Origin: Macrostomum lignano | Lineage: Eukaryota | Assembly (NCBI GenBank): GCA_002269645.1 | Contig: NIVC01001089.1 | Span: 248,001-312,000 of the forward strand | DNA length: 64,000 nt | Direction: 5' to 3' | Shown here: positions 1 to 13,359 of the stretch, in pieces | Position numbering within the stretch: position 1 is the stretch's first letter | Layout: every line of letters begins with the position of its first letter | Notes under the pieces: generated by a model | The model's database searches: none | What the model was told of the DNA's origin: nothing | Seen by the model: only the letters and a program-made list of their open reading frames with translations | Program-made: the position numbers and the translations under genes

Positions 1-1626
1 CGATCTTGTTAAAAAAGTTATTTCGTCAATCTAAAGTATCTTAAATTGAAAAAACAACTTGATTTTGAAATTAGTTTTGCCCATTCAGTTTTGCAGATGC
101 TTTTGAATAAATTGAGAAATTTTTCTACTTACAATAAACAAATTTATTTGTGAATTTATTATGAATAACATTTTATAATAAGTCTTAACTGACATTTTAA
201 TCTAGGTTTTTTGCTAGCACAAATATACAAAATCACACCCAAGGTTCAATTTTAGGATGTGACTTGGAAAGTCATAAGATACTATATGTATAATATATAA
301 GATCCATATTACATAAAAAAGAAAAAAACAAAAAATGAGTTTCTTCATTGGCACTAAGATGCAATATTGCATGTAAGGTCCAATTTAAAGGTACAATTTT
401 GAAAGTCTATATGCTATACAGTATCCCAATTGCACAAAAAATAACCCTAGATTTTAATGCTTTTTTTATAGTTTATGAGTATGTAGTTTTCAAACATTAG
501 GTAATAAAAATAGAACATAAATAGCATAGATTAGTTTAATTTAATAATTTAATAATTAATAATCAAATTTAATACAAACCTGATTTCTACGTTTTTTTAC
601 AAGGTAAAGGTTTAAAATTTTAACAAAAAATGTACAATTTTTGTTTTTGTTCTTTGTATGTATGAAATGTTATATAAATACCATAGTCAGGAAAAATATG
701 TACACAAGAAATTTCTGGGGTATACTTAAGAAATTTGGTATATAGGTTGGCATACAAAAATTGATTTTGGGCTTTTGGTATACACATTTAATGTTTTGGT
801 GTGCGACATACACCAAAAATTAAGAAAATATGTTATCAATAATTTACAATAGTTGTACATGCATTATAATTGTAAAATTTGATAACTATTTAATACAAAA
901 CTGATTTCCATGTTTTTTATAAGGCAACAACTTAAATTTTAACTAAAAATTCACAAAATTTGTTTTTATTATATATATCAAACAGTATACAAAAATAATT
1001 ATTTTTAGCATATATCTTTGTCTAATTAAAATTAAATATCAAAATCCCTAGACTAGTAATAATGTTTCAAAATTTATAATTTAGAGCTTTGCATAAGGTA
1101 ATGTATTTGGATAGCTTTTTTCCAGGGTATATATAAAGTGTTCCAAACTATGTATGGTCTGATACTAGATTCTAATGAATACTATGTCATTGGCATTTGC
1201 TTGCCTATGATAGATATACTTTAATAATAATTATTATTATTATTTGCTTTTCAATATACCTAAAATTAAACATGCAATTTTAAGAGTATATTAAAAGTTA
1301 TCATGATAGAACTACTCATTTATAATTTAATACCAATAATTTTTAGTGATAATTGTCATTGATATTTATGACTAGCTTAGGCTCTAATAAGGACAAAGAA
1401 ATATTTGCATAAAATTGATCAAAGCTATTCAATATAGATAAAAAACAATAAAATAGTTGTCTAATCTAGTGCATTAATCACTTTGTTATCAAGTGTAATA
1501 ATTGTTTTAAATTGTATGATTTAAATCCATAATGAAAAAAAAAGTTTACACTATAAAGATTTGAACCCTAGCCATTGTATTAGCACTCCAATCTATTGAG
1601 GTCTAGGCTAGCTCTCATTGAATTAA

Positions 1627-2280
1627 TAAAGGAAATGCTTATTCCCACAGTCCCATGCCGATAATTCCAATTTTATCCATATGGATAAAATAATTTCCAG
1701 CTTATCACTACAAAAAAGTCAATAATTTCTAGCTTATCCCCACGGTAGCTTATTGAAATAGCTGCCACCATTCAAGTCTATAAGCCATATGAATAATTCC
1801 AATTTTATCCATATGGATCCATGTCAATAATTTCTAGCTCACCTCATGGCAGCTTTTTGGAATAAAGAACCTTAAAATGAATCTGTTCAAAAACCTTATT
1901 TTTGTTTTTGCTGTTTTACAAATCTTCCAAATAAACTACATATACTGAATATTGAATAATATTGAGTACTTTGTTAAAAATTTTTGTTATTGAAAGGGTT
2001 AATTTTAAATATTTGCTTAGCTCCTAGCTTTGCTTTGAATGACCAAATGACCCAAAGATTGAGGCAAATAAGACTTGCAAAATTCAAAATTCAAAATATA
2101 ATAATAATGGTAATATTACTAATAATAATAACAATATTGATTTAATGTTAGTACACAAAACTAAACACAAACAACTGCACAATCTTAGCTGTGGGGATAA
2201 GATGAAAATTATTGACATGGATCTGTGTGGATAAAATTGGAATTATTGGCATGGTACCATAGGGATAAGCACTTCCATTA
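1627..2280. mobile_element. Degenerate inverted-repeat (MITE-like) relic
   Basis: 1627-1686 (ggaaatgcttattccc...ataattccaattttatccatatggat) matches the reverse complement of 2221-2280. The ataattccaattttatccatatggat block recurs directly at ~1793-1818. No TSD identified. Confidence 0.45.
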
Positions 2281-3516
2281 AAAAAATGAATTGTAACACT
2301 TATATAATTTAACACTCACACAAAGCAGTTATGAAATAATCAATTTCTTAGCCAGTCAATATTAGTCTTAGTTAAAGTTAATAATATGTTACACAATATA
2401 AGTTGTGCTAGATGCTTCCACAATGCATTTTCAACACTGTGATACAATTCAATTCACTGTAAAAATTCAATCAATACATAGACAGAATAAATAAAAAGTG
2501 TGGTATGATACAATCTATTTAAGAATTAGAATTCAACTAGTCCATTTCTTTTCTAACATTCTTACAATGCATTTCAAGTTTAAAGAACTGTTTGACCTTT
2601 GCAAAAAAGCATGTTTTTCAAATATTTAATCCCTTTAGCATCAAGCCATTTTTTAGCCACACTACATGTACCATCACAAAAAATTCTGATTGAATGGTGC
2701 AAGTTTGAAGAAAATTGGTTGAGCTATTTTTCTCTAATCTAATCAATCATATAGACAAACAACTCATTTTTAATATATGATTGCAGACAAACTCTATAGT
2801 TACAAAGTATACTTTGTCAATAGTAACAAAGTGATAAACAAATAAACCTTCAAGAAAAATGTTGAAAATGTTGTTGCATTGCCATTATAGAATTTACTAA
2901 TAATATAGAAAACTTAAAGCTAATATATTTATTACAAGAGCTTTTCTACCATATTTATTTAAGTCCTTTTAGTTGTAATTGTAATTATTTTTTTAACAAA
3001 TAATTTTATTAAAGACAAAGCTATTCATGAACAATTTGTGCTTTTATACATGTCATTTTTAACTGAAATAAATTTATTTTAGAGCTTCATTGACATTGCA
3101 TTTGAATCACCAATAACGTTTTTTAAAAACATGCTTTAAATTTATGGATTTCGCCATACTATAGCCCTAGAATAAACAACTTTATAAACATGTTAGAAAA
3201 ACCAAAAATGCCAATAAATCTATAGCTTTAAAAGTCAGTGAATAAAGAAAAATTTTTAATAGGTCTTAGGAGCTCACCTTTGTTACTAATGGTAAGTACT
3301 TTTTCCCATTCAGAGGCCTTCACAGCTGCATTTAGATCACTATACAATCCAGGAACTATAGAAACATTACTGCTCATTCTAAGGTTCTTTACGTTTGATT
3401 AAACTTACAAAAAACGATGGTTTAGCTTTAAAGTAATGCAAGGTATTTTATTTCTATGAAAGGTATTTCGTCAACTGGCGTGAACTCTGACATTTCTTGC
3501 AATATGTGATATACTG

Positions 3517-3895
3517 GGGTCTCCCTAAAACACGCACCGCACCGCCCCGAACCGCTACACATTATAACATTTTTTGTCAATGCACAATTTGATTGCAAAG
3601 AAAACAATTTGTTGTAAGAGTAATGTAATAAATATCTTTAATTATTATTTTAAATATTATTATTATTTTTTATATTCTCGTTTTCATTACTAAATTATAT
3701 TATTATTATTTTATTAATATTATTATTAATATCACTTATTATTCACTGAATTTTATATTTCAAAGTAAAAAAACTAAATTTAATAAAAACTTGAAGCTTA
3801 ACAGAAAACGCATCTTAAAGTGTCTTCAGTTATAGTCCAATTTGTTTTAATGTGTAGCGCTGCAGGGCGGTGCGGGGCGTGTTTTAGGGAGACCC
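3517..3895. mobile_element. Mutator-type (MULE) MITE, 379 bp
   Basis: ~50-bp TIRs (gggtctccctaaaacacgc... / ...gcgtgttttagggagaccc), AT-rich interior, exact 9-bp TSD gatatactg at 3508-3516 and 3896-3904. A 9-bp TSD with G-starting termini is typical of Mutator elements. Confidence 0.9.
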
Positions 3896-4784
3896 GATAT
3901 ACTGGAAGCGCAGTTTGCAAACAATAGCTTAAACAAAATAGAAAGTAAAGAAATTATCTTCTAAGCTAAATTTACATTAAATATAAAATGTTTTTGCTTA
4001 AAGACTAATTTGTACAGGTCTTAAAAATTAATAATTTTTTATACGAAAATTTTTACGACTTTTAGTCTTTTTTGTGTTTCTTAGAAATCGTCACTAACTA
4101 TATATGCCCTTTTCAGATGGGTTTTAACGTCCTTTGAACCAAAATATAAACGAAACCTTTTTAGCGTAGCATAATTTTCAGCTCTTATTTTTTCCCTTTG
4201 TTGAATTAAGGCTTTAAAATAAAGACTTAAATTAAGACTTTTTTATTTTAGATGCGGACGTAGAAATGCAGAGACGTGGATATGCGGATTGCGGATGGCC
4301 TTTCTACTACATGTAGCACTGATGTTTCCGCATGAGCTCATGTACCTCAAGGGCCCCTGTAGTGTATAACTACACTTTAACAACACTTATACTCACTTAT
4401 ACTACACTAATACTACACTTATATACTACAGTGGTCCTTTTTGATGTAAAACACAATTGCGTATTACTAAATTTCCTTTCTTTGTTCGATCGATTCTTTA
4501 CTTCCTTTTTCTTTCTTAATTTTTCTATCAATATTTGTCTGAATTAATTTTCTTCTTTTCTTTCATGCTTTTTACCAATTTAATTTTCCATTAGAACTCT
4601 ATTGTTTCATTCCGAATCTTTTCGCGACTTTTGGAGTATTTCGAAGGGCGGGATATTTTGACTTTTTGGGTGAGTGTATAGTAACGAATAAGCTCATGCT
4701 CAGATATTTAAAAAGTTCTAATGTTATTTAACAAATTGGCTCAGCCCAATCAGAATCGACGTGTTCTAAAACGATCAGTCTTGA

Positions 4785-5244
4785 ATGCGGTGCCAAAATG
4801 AGTTGCAGCTGTCTGCAAGCGGCGCCAAAATGAGTGCCTACATGTACATGTAGCTGCGGAGCCAAAATGAGTGCACCCTACATGTACATGTAGCTGCGGA
4901 GCCAAAATGATTGCCTGTGGCGCCAAAAAAAGTGCCTGCAGCGCCAAAATAAGTGCCTGCGACACTTATGAGTACCTGTGGCGCCAAAATGAGTGCCTGC
5001 GCGCGGCGCCATGAGTTTCGAGCGCCAAAATGACTGCCTGTGGCGTCAAAATGATCGTGCCTGCAGTGCCATAATAAGTGTCTGTGGCGCCATAATGAAT
5101 GCCTGTGGCGCGATAATAAGTGCCTGAATGCGGCGCCAAAATGATTGCAAACAACACCAAACTCATGTACTCGTAGAAATTTAGCCATGTAGAATTCTTG
5201 GCTTTCTCACCCCACCATAAAATCCATGATGGCGCCATCCCTGC
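4785..5244 (+). mobile_element. 5'-truncated copy of the hAT MITE family seen at 5555-6166
   Basis: Degenerate ~20-21-bp ggcgccaaaatgagtgcctgc array followed by the same right-end sequence (ccataaaatccatg...ggcgccatccctg). No left TIR seen. Confidence 0.65.
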
Positions 5245-5554
5245 TGCCGCTGGCACTCTGAGTACTGTATCTGTTTTGTCGGGTGAGGCTTTTTGGACCT
5301 GCTTAGCTGGGAGCACTCTTTATCTGGCCCCAAATTTTCAGTAGCCTGATAAGGTGTTGCACTTTAATTGCTTGCAATTTCGTGAGCTTTTCCGAGGCAG
5401 AAGTCCAACGTTTAATACTAAGAGTAGTTTATTCGCTCTGAATCAGGTTAATTATAACTTGCTTGTATGTATAGCGAGAATTAAAGCAAATATTTTTCTG
5501 ATCTCCAAATTAACTGATTTCTACCTTACAAATTTTCTCTGCTTGTCTCTCATC

Positions 5555-6166
5555 CAGGGGCGTCGCCAACGGGGGGGGACAGGGGAACATGTCCCCCCAG
5601 TAAAAGATCTGGGGGGGGACATGCCAATGCTTTGTCCGCCCCCCCTAATTTGTGAGCCGTTATGGAAATCAATAATTTTGCTGCAGGGCGACATAGCGCA
5701 TGAGGCGCTAAAATGAGTGCCTGCGGCGCCAAAATGAGTGTCTGCGGCGCTGAGTGCCTGCGGCGCAAAAATGAGTGTCTGCGGCGCCAAAATGAGTGCC
5801 TGCGGCGCTAAAATGAGTGCCTGCGGCGCCAAAAGGAATGCCTGCGGCGCCAAAATGAATGTCTGCGGCGCCAAAAAGAATGCCTGTGGTGCCCAAATGA
5901 GTGCCTGCGGCGCTAAGATGAGTGCCTGCGGCGTCAAAATGAGTGTCTGCGGCACCAAAATGAGTGCCTGCGGCGCTAAAATGAGTGCATGCGGCGCTAA
6001 AATGAGTGCATGCGGCGCTAAAGTGAATGCTTGTGGCGCTAAAATGATCGTGCTGACAACACCAATTCTCAAAATAATGTACTTGTAGGAATTTAGTCAT
6101 GTACATGTACATGCAATAATTGTTGGCTTTGTCCCCCCCGCCATAAAATCCATGGCGACGCGCCTG
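5555..6166 (+). mobile_element. hAT-type MITE (612 bp) carrying an internal ~21-bp minisatellite
   Basis: 14-bp TIR caggggcgtcgcca / tggcgacgcgcctg (1 mismatch), exact 8-bp TSD ctctcatc at 5547-5554 and 6167-6174, internal (ggcgccaaaatgagtgcctgc)n at ~5705-6045. Confidence 0.9.
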
Positions 6167-6407
6167 CTCTCATCAACTGTCTTTCCTTAGCTATTGGACC
6201 CAGCTCTTCATCACATCTCTACGCTACCTTGGAACTGAGCATATATAGACAGGATCGTGGAGGTTAGAGCATTAAGTGAGTGGTTTCTATGCTCTGATCG
6301 ATCTGATAAGCCTCCGATTAAGGGCTTAAGAATTTGCGGAACCTATCATAGGATCGCAATTTGGCTCTAAAATCTAGCTTGCGGTACTAGATTAACTCGA
6401 AAATCCC

Positions 6408-6570
6408 CACTTGGGCCCCGCCATAGACTACAGAAATGTATTTATTTAACACTTAGGCCCCGCCATGGACTACAGAAATGTATTTATTTAACACTTGGGC
6501 CCCGCCAAAGACTACAGAAATGTATTTATTTAACACTTGGGCCCCGCCATGGGCTACAGTCTACAGAAAT
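6408..6570. repeat. 42-bp tandem repeat, ~3.5 copies
   Basis: Unit cacttgggccccgccatagactacagaaatgtatttatttaa. Confidence 0.9.
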
Positions 6571-6900
6571 TTATTTTTCTGTAATACATTTTTCTGCCTC
6601 ACGCCATAAAATACCAAATACGAGCGTAAATTGCAGCCCACACACGTGCGCTAGCAAAGCCTTTGGTTTGCAATCGTTTGTGTTCACGTGCACCCAAAGT
6701 TGAAACACAGTGCTCAACAGCATCAAGTCTAGTCTAGTACAGTAATTGTTGCTTTGATTTATATATACAAAAGGGGTAAAAGAGAAGACGATGCTATGGC
6801 GCTGGGTTGCTCTATTCATGCAAAATTTGGCTACGCCATCTTGAATAATTTTACGAGACCTTTTATCGCGCAATACTGATTGGCGCTAATTGAATCTGAA

Positions 6901-9900
6901 ATGTTCTTTGTAGCAAGTTTGCCCGTGGCACTGCTTCTACTACAGTGCTTTGCTGGCTGTTCTGCCGATAGCAGCGGCTGGCCATCTGAAGACGATAGCA
7001 CACTCTCTGCTCACGGTAAGAACTTTGTTTCTTACAAAACTGACGATTGGGGGCTGGATATTCGGGAAAGTTATACCCACAGAGTTGTTGGTTATCGTAA
7101 AGCTTTCTTCGAAAAATAGGATTCATAATGGTTTCGAATAATTTTTGTGCAAGTATAGAGTGACAAAAACTGCAGTTTATATTAACTAATATCATAAAAA
7201 TAACTAAAAATACATTTTTACCTTACAGGACACACTAGAACCGTGATCATAAGCGGTGAGAGCGCTACTATTTTAGATGCATTACTAATATAATAATTCA
7301 AATCAAATTGTTACATTGAATTTTTAGCGTGAAAAATCAAACTTTACAGATCAGGGCAGCTCAGTGCCAGTGCCAGAGACGGACATCATTCAGCAGGAGA
7401 CGGTGTGGCTCAATGGTGGAGACGAAACTGCGAGCCACGAAGTCAGTCACAAGTATCACGGTGAGTCTTGGAATATCAATTTTGAGTAGACAATTTGAAT
7501 TGAATGGGAAAAAGCTTTAGGAATTGAAATTTAATAGCGATGTTAAAAGGCTTAGGATACACAACAGCTTGAGGAAGTTGAAGCTTACGGATTGTGAAGC
7601 TTTGTGACAATGTGAATCTTGTAGATTGTGAAGCTTTGTGACAATGTGAACATTGCAGATTGTGAAGCTTTGTGGCAATGTGAACCTTGTAGATTGTGAA
7701 GTTTTGTGACAATGTAAATCTTGTAGATTGTGAAGCTTTGTGAAAATGTGAATCTTGTGGATTGTCAAGTTCTGTGACAATGCGAATCTTTTGGATTTCG
7801 AAGCTTTGTGACGATTTGAACCTTGTAGATTGTGAAGTTTTGTGACAATGTGAATCTTGTAGATTGTGAAGCTTTGTGACAATGTGAATCTTGTAGATTG
7901 TGAAGCTTTGTGACAATGTGAACATTGCAGATTGTGAAGCTTCGTGACAATGTGAATCTTGTAGATTGTGAAGCTTCGTGACAATGTGGATCTTGTAGAT
8001 TGTGAAGCTTCGTGACAATGTGAATCTTGTAGATTGTGAAGCTTCGCAAGCTTTACTACAAAATTCTCAAACATTTGCATTGCATTTGCATTTTAGATCT
8101 AATTATCATCATTTTTGCAATGCAGGGTTTAGCTACAGCTAGTATTTGATTCGAAAATTCTCTCATGCATTTCATAGTTTTCGCTCTGGAATGGATGTGA
8201 GCACGAGTGTAAAAATAGCGAGAAGCAGGCTCTGCGTCTGTGCCATTGAATAGGGGTTGGCCAAAGCTTGGAAGCGACAGCACGTGTCGCCCACCCGAGG
8301 ACAGAATAAACACTTCAATAGCTAGCTTATACGACTCAAAACTTAGAGCACAAGCTCGAAACACGTGATGAAAACAATGAAAAAACGTGCGAAAAAATAG
8401 CACGAAAAATCTTCCACAGCTGTAAGAGCCTGCGGCTAGATGAATGCGCCGCGCCCAGCTCTTGTAGGGCAGCTTAACGATAAAGGACGGTTCGCATTAC
8501 TGCCAGTAGCCCGCGGGCAAAAGATTGGCCAAATCAATTTTGAAACAGACTAATTTTGGTGTGAACCAACTCCGCATTGATTTGAGCTATTGAATGGCTA
8601 TAATGCAAAACCGACCTTAACAGGACTACATGTCTACATGTACATGGCCGCGTCCAACGGAGAGAAAGAGTGTCAAGTCATGTCATTCTTAGCTGTCTGT
8701 GTAACAATATGTGTAACAGAGATGATAAAATAGATTCATAAAACCTGTGCTGAGCTGTGCCATGCATTTTTATGATTTTTAAGTACAGGCATTTATACAT
8801 AGGATATAAAATTAGCATAGAATCCTAATTTTATAAACGAAAAGCTCTATGAATATCAACAGATCTACGAGTATAAGAAAGGCAAAACAAATCAAAAGAT
8901 GAACACTGGATCTGCCTCCTATCAAAATCAATAAAAATTTTGTGCTGAAAAAATGAAAACCTTCTATCTTCAAGTTTTTTTCGAAACCAGCCTCCCTAAC
9001 ATGTTCCAAGAAACGTAGTTTACTGTCCTACTTGAGTAGTCCTTGTGTATCGCGTGTGCGTCAGCGGAGTGGGCATGACTTCTAATTGCTTCCTCGCTGG
9101 CCGTATCTTGGTGCTAATATCAGAACTCTTAATGTGCATCCCCCAGTTGTTCACAGCGCCCGCCATCAATAAAGCCATCATTAATGGTGATGGCAGAGCC
9201 GAAATTGGTCTCTGTTTGACTGCGGTTTGAACGAGTCTTAAGGAGTGCTCTTAAAAGTACATGTAGCTTACGAGCTACAAGCTCGCGAGTATTGTGGAAC
9301 ATTTTATACATGAGCTATCCAATTTTTCTTTTCCTGCTGCTGAATGCAATTTAATGCTCATAAACTTCTGCTTATCTATAATTTAATAACCTACACAGGA
9401 CCGGTTCAGGAGCTGAAGCTGAACATCTGCAGCCAGAGTTCCACCGCGTTCTCTGGGATCTGCAGCCGAGCCATTGACGGCAACACCAACCAGAACTACA
9501 GAAAGCTCTCCTGCACTCACACAAAAACAGAGAGGGGCTGGTGGCAGGCCAGACTCACCAGCAGGGCTCATATCAAGCGAATCCAAATCTACAACAGACG
9601 CGACTGCTGCGCAAACAGACTGCGCAACTTCTACATCACAGTTGACGGGCACAAGTGCGCTGAGTACCACTCAAGCAAAGCCTTCTCTGTGAAAACATTC
9701 AACTGCGATCGAGTTGGTGCGGTGGTCCGCATTCACAACAGAATGAGTGCCCCATTGACCCTCTGCGAGGTTCGGGTTTTCGGACATCCTCTCTCGGGTG
9801 AGCCAGCGCTCAAAACGTACGAGCTAGCTTAAAGGTGTCTAGAAACGCCGACGAAACTGGTATAGTCTTCCCGCATTCTCGCAGCTTGATGATAGAATAT

Positions 9901-12342
9901 TTTAAGGATTCTTGACATCGGGTGCGAGCGTACAAGCGCGCTAAAAAACATTTTTGGCAACCGCGGCAAATCGATTCGATGCATAGGGAATAGAATGAGA
10001 GAAATCGTTGCAACGGTCTCCACACTGCATGGTGTACCACACTGAGTCGCAACTCCGAATTGGATTGAAAAATAGCCAGCAAAAATCGTAGCCATGTTAC
10101 TCTCGTACATGACTTGAAAACTACAAGTGCTATCAAAGTTCTTTTAGTTGTTCTACAGTAGTTATTGCTTAATGGACGAAATAGACGCAAACCAAAACGT
10201 ATTAGGAATCGTAAAGAGATGCTCACGCGGGTGCCCTTGAATTAAGTAACCGAAATTTAGCAACGGTGAATTTAGTAACGGTGAATTTAGCAACGGTGAA
10301 TTTAGTAACTTTGGAATTTAGTAACGTTGGAATTTAGTAACGTTGGAATTTAGTAACGCAATTGTGCAGCGGAGGGATATCTCATATCTATTACTATTAT
10401 ATAATGGTACATTTATACACCTATTATTTTATGGGTGATTTCAATATTACCATCTGCATAAATTTAAGAATTGTCGCCGAATCGCAAGTGTAGATATTTT
10501 ATTACGACAATGGTAATAATACAAGCTGTACGTGCACAACCACACAAACCCGTACACACGTTGGTGTTACAATGGGAAGCATGCAATTGAAGTAAGGGTT
10601 GTGATAGGCGCAAAAAAAGCATATGCTGCACATAGAACGCATCTGATCCGAGCAATTCAGTTTTAGGGACAAAACCTATCTAAATAATAGGTGTATAATG
10701 TAACATATTATAGTACTACATATGGGATAGCCCTTAGCTGCTCCATTGCGTTACTAAATTCAACCGTTACTAAATTCAAACGTTACTAAATTCAACCGTT
10801 ACTAAATTCAAACGTTACTAAATTCAAACGTTACTAAATTCAACCGTTACTAAATTCAAACGTTACTAAATTCAAACGTTACTAAATTCAACCGTTACTA
10901 AATTCAAACGTTACTAAATTTAAACGTTACTAAATTCAAACGTTACTAAATTCAACCGTTACTAAATTCAACCGCTACTAAATTCACAGTTACTAATTAA
11001 ATTCACATAGACCCCCTCACGCACTTAAAGATAATAAGCAATTTTAAACTCTTTCAATTCTTGGAACAAAAACCGTGCAAAGGATTACCTTTTACCGACT
11101 AAAACTAACCAATCAACCTACAGAAGCCGTTCAGGAGCTGAAGCTGAGTCACTGCAGTCAGAGTTCCACCGCGTTCTCTGGGATCTGCAGCCGAGCCATT
11201 GACGGCAACAACAACCAGAACTACCGGAAGCACTCCTGCACTCATACCAACGCAGGGAGGAACTGGTGGCAGGCCAGACTCACCAGCAGGGCTCACATCA
11301 GGCGAATCCAAATCTTCAACAGACAAGACTGCTGCCCAAACAGACTGCGAAGTTTCTACATCACAGTTGACGGGCACAAGTGCGCTGAGTACCACTCAAG
11401 CAAAGCCTTCTCTGTGAAAACATTCAACTGCGATCGAGTAGGCGAGCTGGTCCGCATTGACAGCAAAATTATCGGCTACTTCACTCTCTGCGAAGTTCGA
11501 GTGTTTGGAGATCCTGTCAGTCTCAGATCTAAATCTCCTGGTGAGTAGTTGCTACTTGATTTTGCCTAAACGGCTTATTTAATATGCTTACTGTCTTTCA
11601 ACAGAAGTTGATATATTCTGTCTGGAATCTCATAGGTAACTTTCGAATACTAACGGATTCATGCTAACGTTTGTTTTTCCAATCGATTTCGTTTTCACAC
11701 ACGGTTGCTAACAGGAATAGTTTAATGCTTCAAGCTTGGATCTCGAGCATGGATATTTTGGATTATTATTTGCTATTGAATATAGGAAATGCCTTCAGAA
11801 GGTGCGACAACGCTTCGGAAGTTTTCTGAAGGCGGAGTCAGTCAGTTTATAAAAAGGGCAATTGAGATATTGATTCATGGATTAAGTAGGCAACCATCAT
11901 ACTGAAATATTAATACTTTTTTCCTTGATTTCAGCTAAGGCACGCGGAAGAACCGTCAGAAAACTGGGGCTGGGCCACTGCAGACAGAGTTCCACCGCGT
12001 TCTCTGGGGTCTGCAGCCGCGCCATCGACGGCAACACCAGCCAGAACTACCGGAAGCACTCCTGCACTCATACCGAAATAGAGAGGGGCTGGTGGCAGGC
12101 CAGACTCACCCGCAGGGCTCACATCAAGCGAATCCAAATCTACAACAGACGCGACTGCTGCGCAAACAGACTGCGCAACTTCTACATCACAGTTGACGGG
12201 CACAAGTGCGCTGAGTACCACTCAAGCAAAGCCTTCTCTGTGAAAACATTCAACTGCGATCGAGTTGGTCAGGTGATCCGCATTCACAACAGAATCAGAA
12301 CCTACTTGACCCTCTGCGAGGTTCAAGTCTATGGAACTTACG
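6901..12342 (+). CDS. Secreted F-type lectin (fucolectin-like) with three tandem F-type lectin domains; multi-exon
   Basis: Hand-spliced exons, all GT-AG and all phase 1: 6901-7015 (signal peptide MFFVASLPVALLLLQCFAGCSA), 7229-7255 (27 nt), 7350-7460 (acidic linker), 9399-9797 (FTLD1), 11124-11540 (FTLD2), 11935-12342 (FTLD3). Each domain has AIDGN, SCTHT, WWQ, NRxDCCxNRL and LTLCEV-like motifs, matching the F-type lectin H...RxDx4R fucose motif (here H-x25-R). Confidence 0.85.
7585..8046. repeat. 34-bp intronic minisatellite, ~13 copies
   Basis: Unit tgtagattgtgaagctttgtgacaatgtgaatct, in lectin intron 3. Confidence 0.95.
10229..11015. mobile_element. Foldback/MULE-like MITE in the lectin intron between FTLD1 and FTLD2
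   Basis: Begins gggtg and ends acccc. Inverted subterminal arrays (aatttagtaacg..)n at 10250-10360 versus (cgttactaaattcaa)n at 10748-10995, plus a further inverted block 10359-10430/10682-10750. Flanks share ctcacgc (10222-10228, 11016-11022). Confidence 0.8.
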
Positions 12343-12721
12343 GTGAGCAACAACTGCTCATGCAACAGTCCAGACACTTTACATTTGCAGATAGCACCAA
12401 AGCTTCCGATGTGAATTTTCCCAGCTATAATTTTAGTATTTAGATTTCTGAAGTCAATCATATTTGTATATATGGACAAATTCTTTTTAGTATAGTGGAC
12501 TAGCACACAAGCCCCTTTTAGGGCATACACTTTGGGAGAAGCGCATTAATATTACTTGCCCTTGAATACCTGGGCATTTCCCTTTGAGTTGTCCTATCTT
12601 GACACACCCTTTTAAACTTTGGACCTTTGACATCACAGCAACGCCCTCCGCCTGTGAGAGCTGACAACCCACCTACCCAATTTCAGTTCATTAATCTGCC
12701 GCTCATGGAGTTATTGTTAAG

Positions 12722-12780
12722 AACTTGAGTACGTCAACATCGGGCGGAAAAATGATGACGACATCAACCTGAAGCAGTGA
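12722..12780 (+). CDS. Candidate terminal exon of the F-type lectin gene
   Basis: Acceptor tattgttaag, phase 1 compatible, reads ELEYVNIGRKNDDDINLKQ*. Supported only by phase and an open frame. Confidence 0.35.
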
Positions 12781-13359
12781 AGCTGAAGCTACAGCAAACC
12801 TTACTGCACTGTATGTTTTAACTAGACGCTCGAGAATTTTAATACTAGCAAAACGCACTTCAAAATATTGTAACGCAGTCTAAAAAAATTACATTTATTA
12901 TATATTTCATTTTCTGTTAACTATATTAACTATTCCATATATATTCCATATTCCAGTAAATCTGCAAGTAGTAATTTAACACTCGAATATGTAGTTTAGA
13001 CTATAATTACTCTAAAAGAATATATTTATGAACTGCTACTCCACTAACTTTCGTAGATCTTGTGTGTCACAGGCGTTAAATAAAAAAAAACCAAATCAAA
13101 CTTCTTTTAATAAACTCTAATTAAATCACTTATTCAGGAAAGCGTTTCTACAAAGACTTTTGTGTTTGATCTGTCTTTTACCATTATGCTGGTTCTAAAT
13201 CTCGCGAAACCAATATTGAAGCAACTTGATTAATTCAACACATGCAACTAATAGTTCCTTCTAAGATGGTTAACTCATAACTGTGCTCCCCCAGTAACCG
13301 AGTGCTTGGGAAAATGCAACCCAACAGGACCACAACTTTATCCATGGAAGGCTTCAAAA

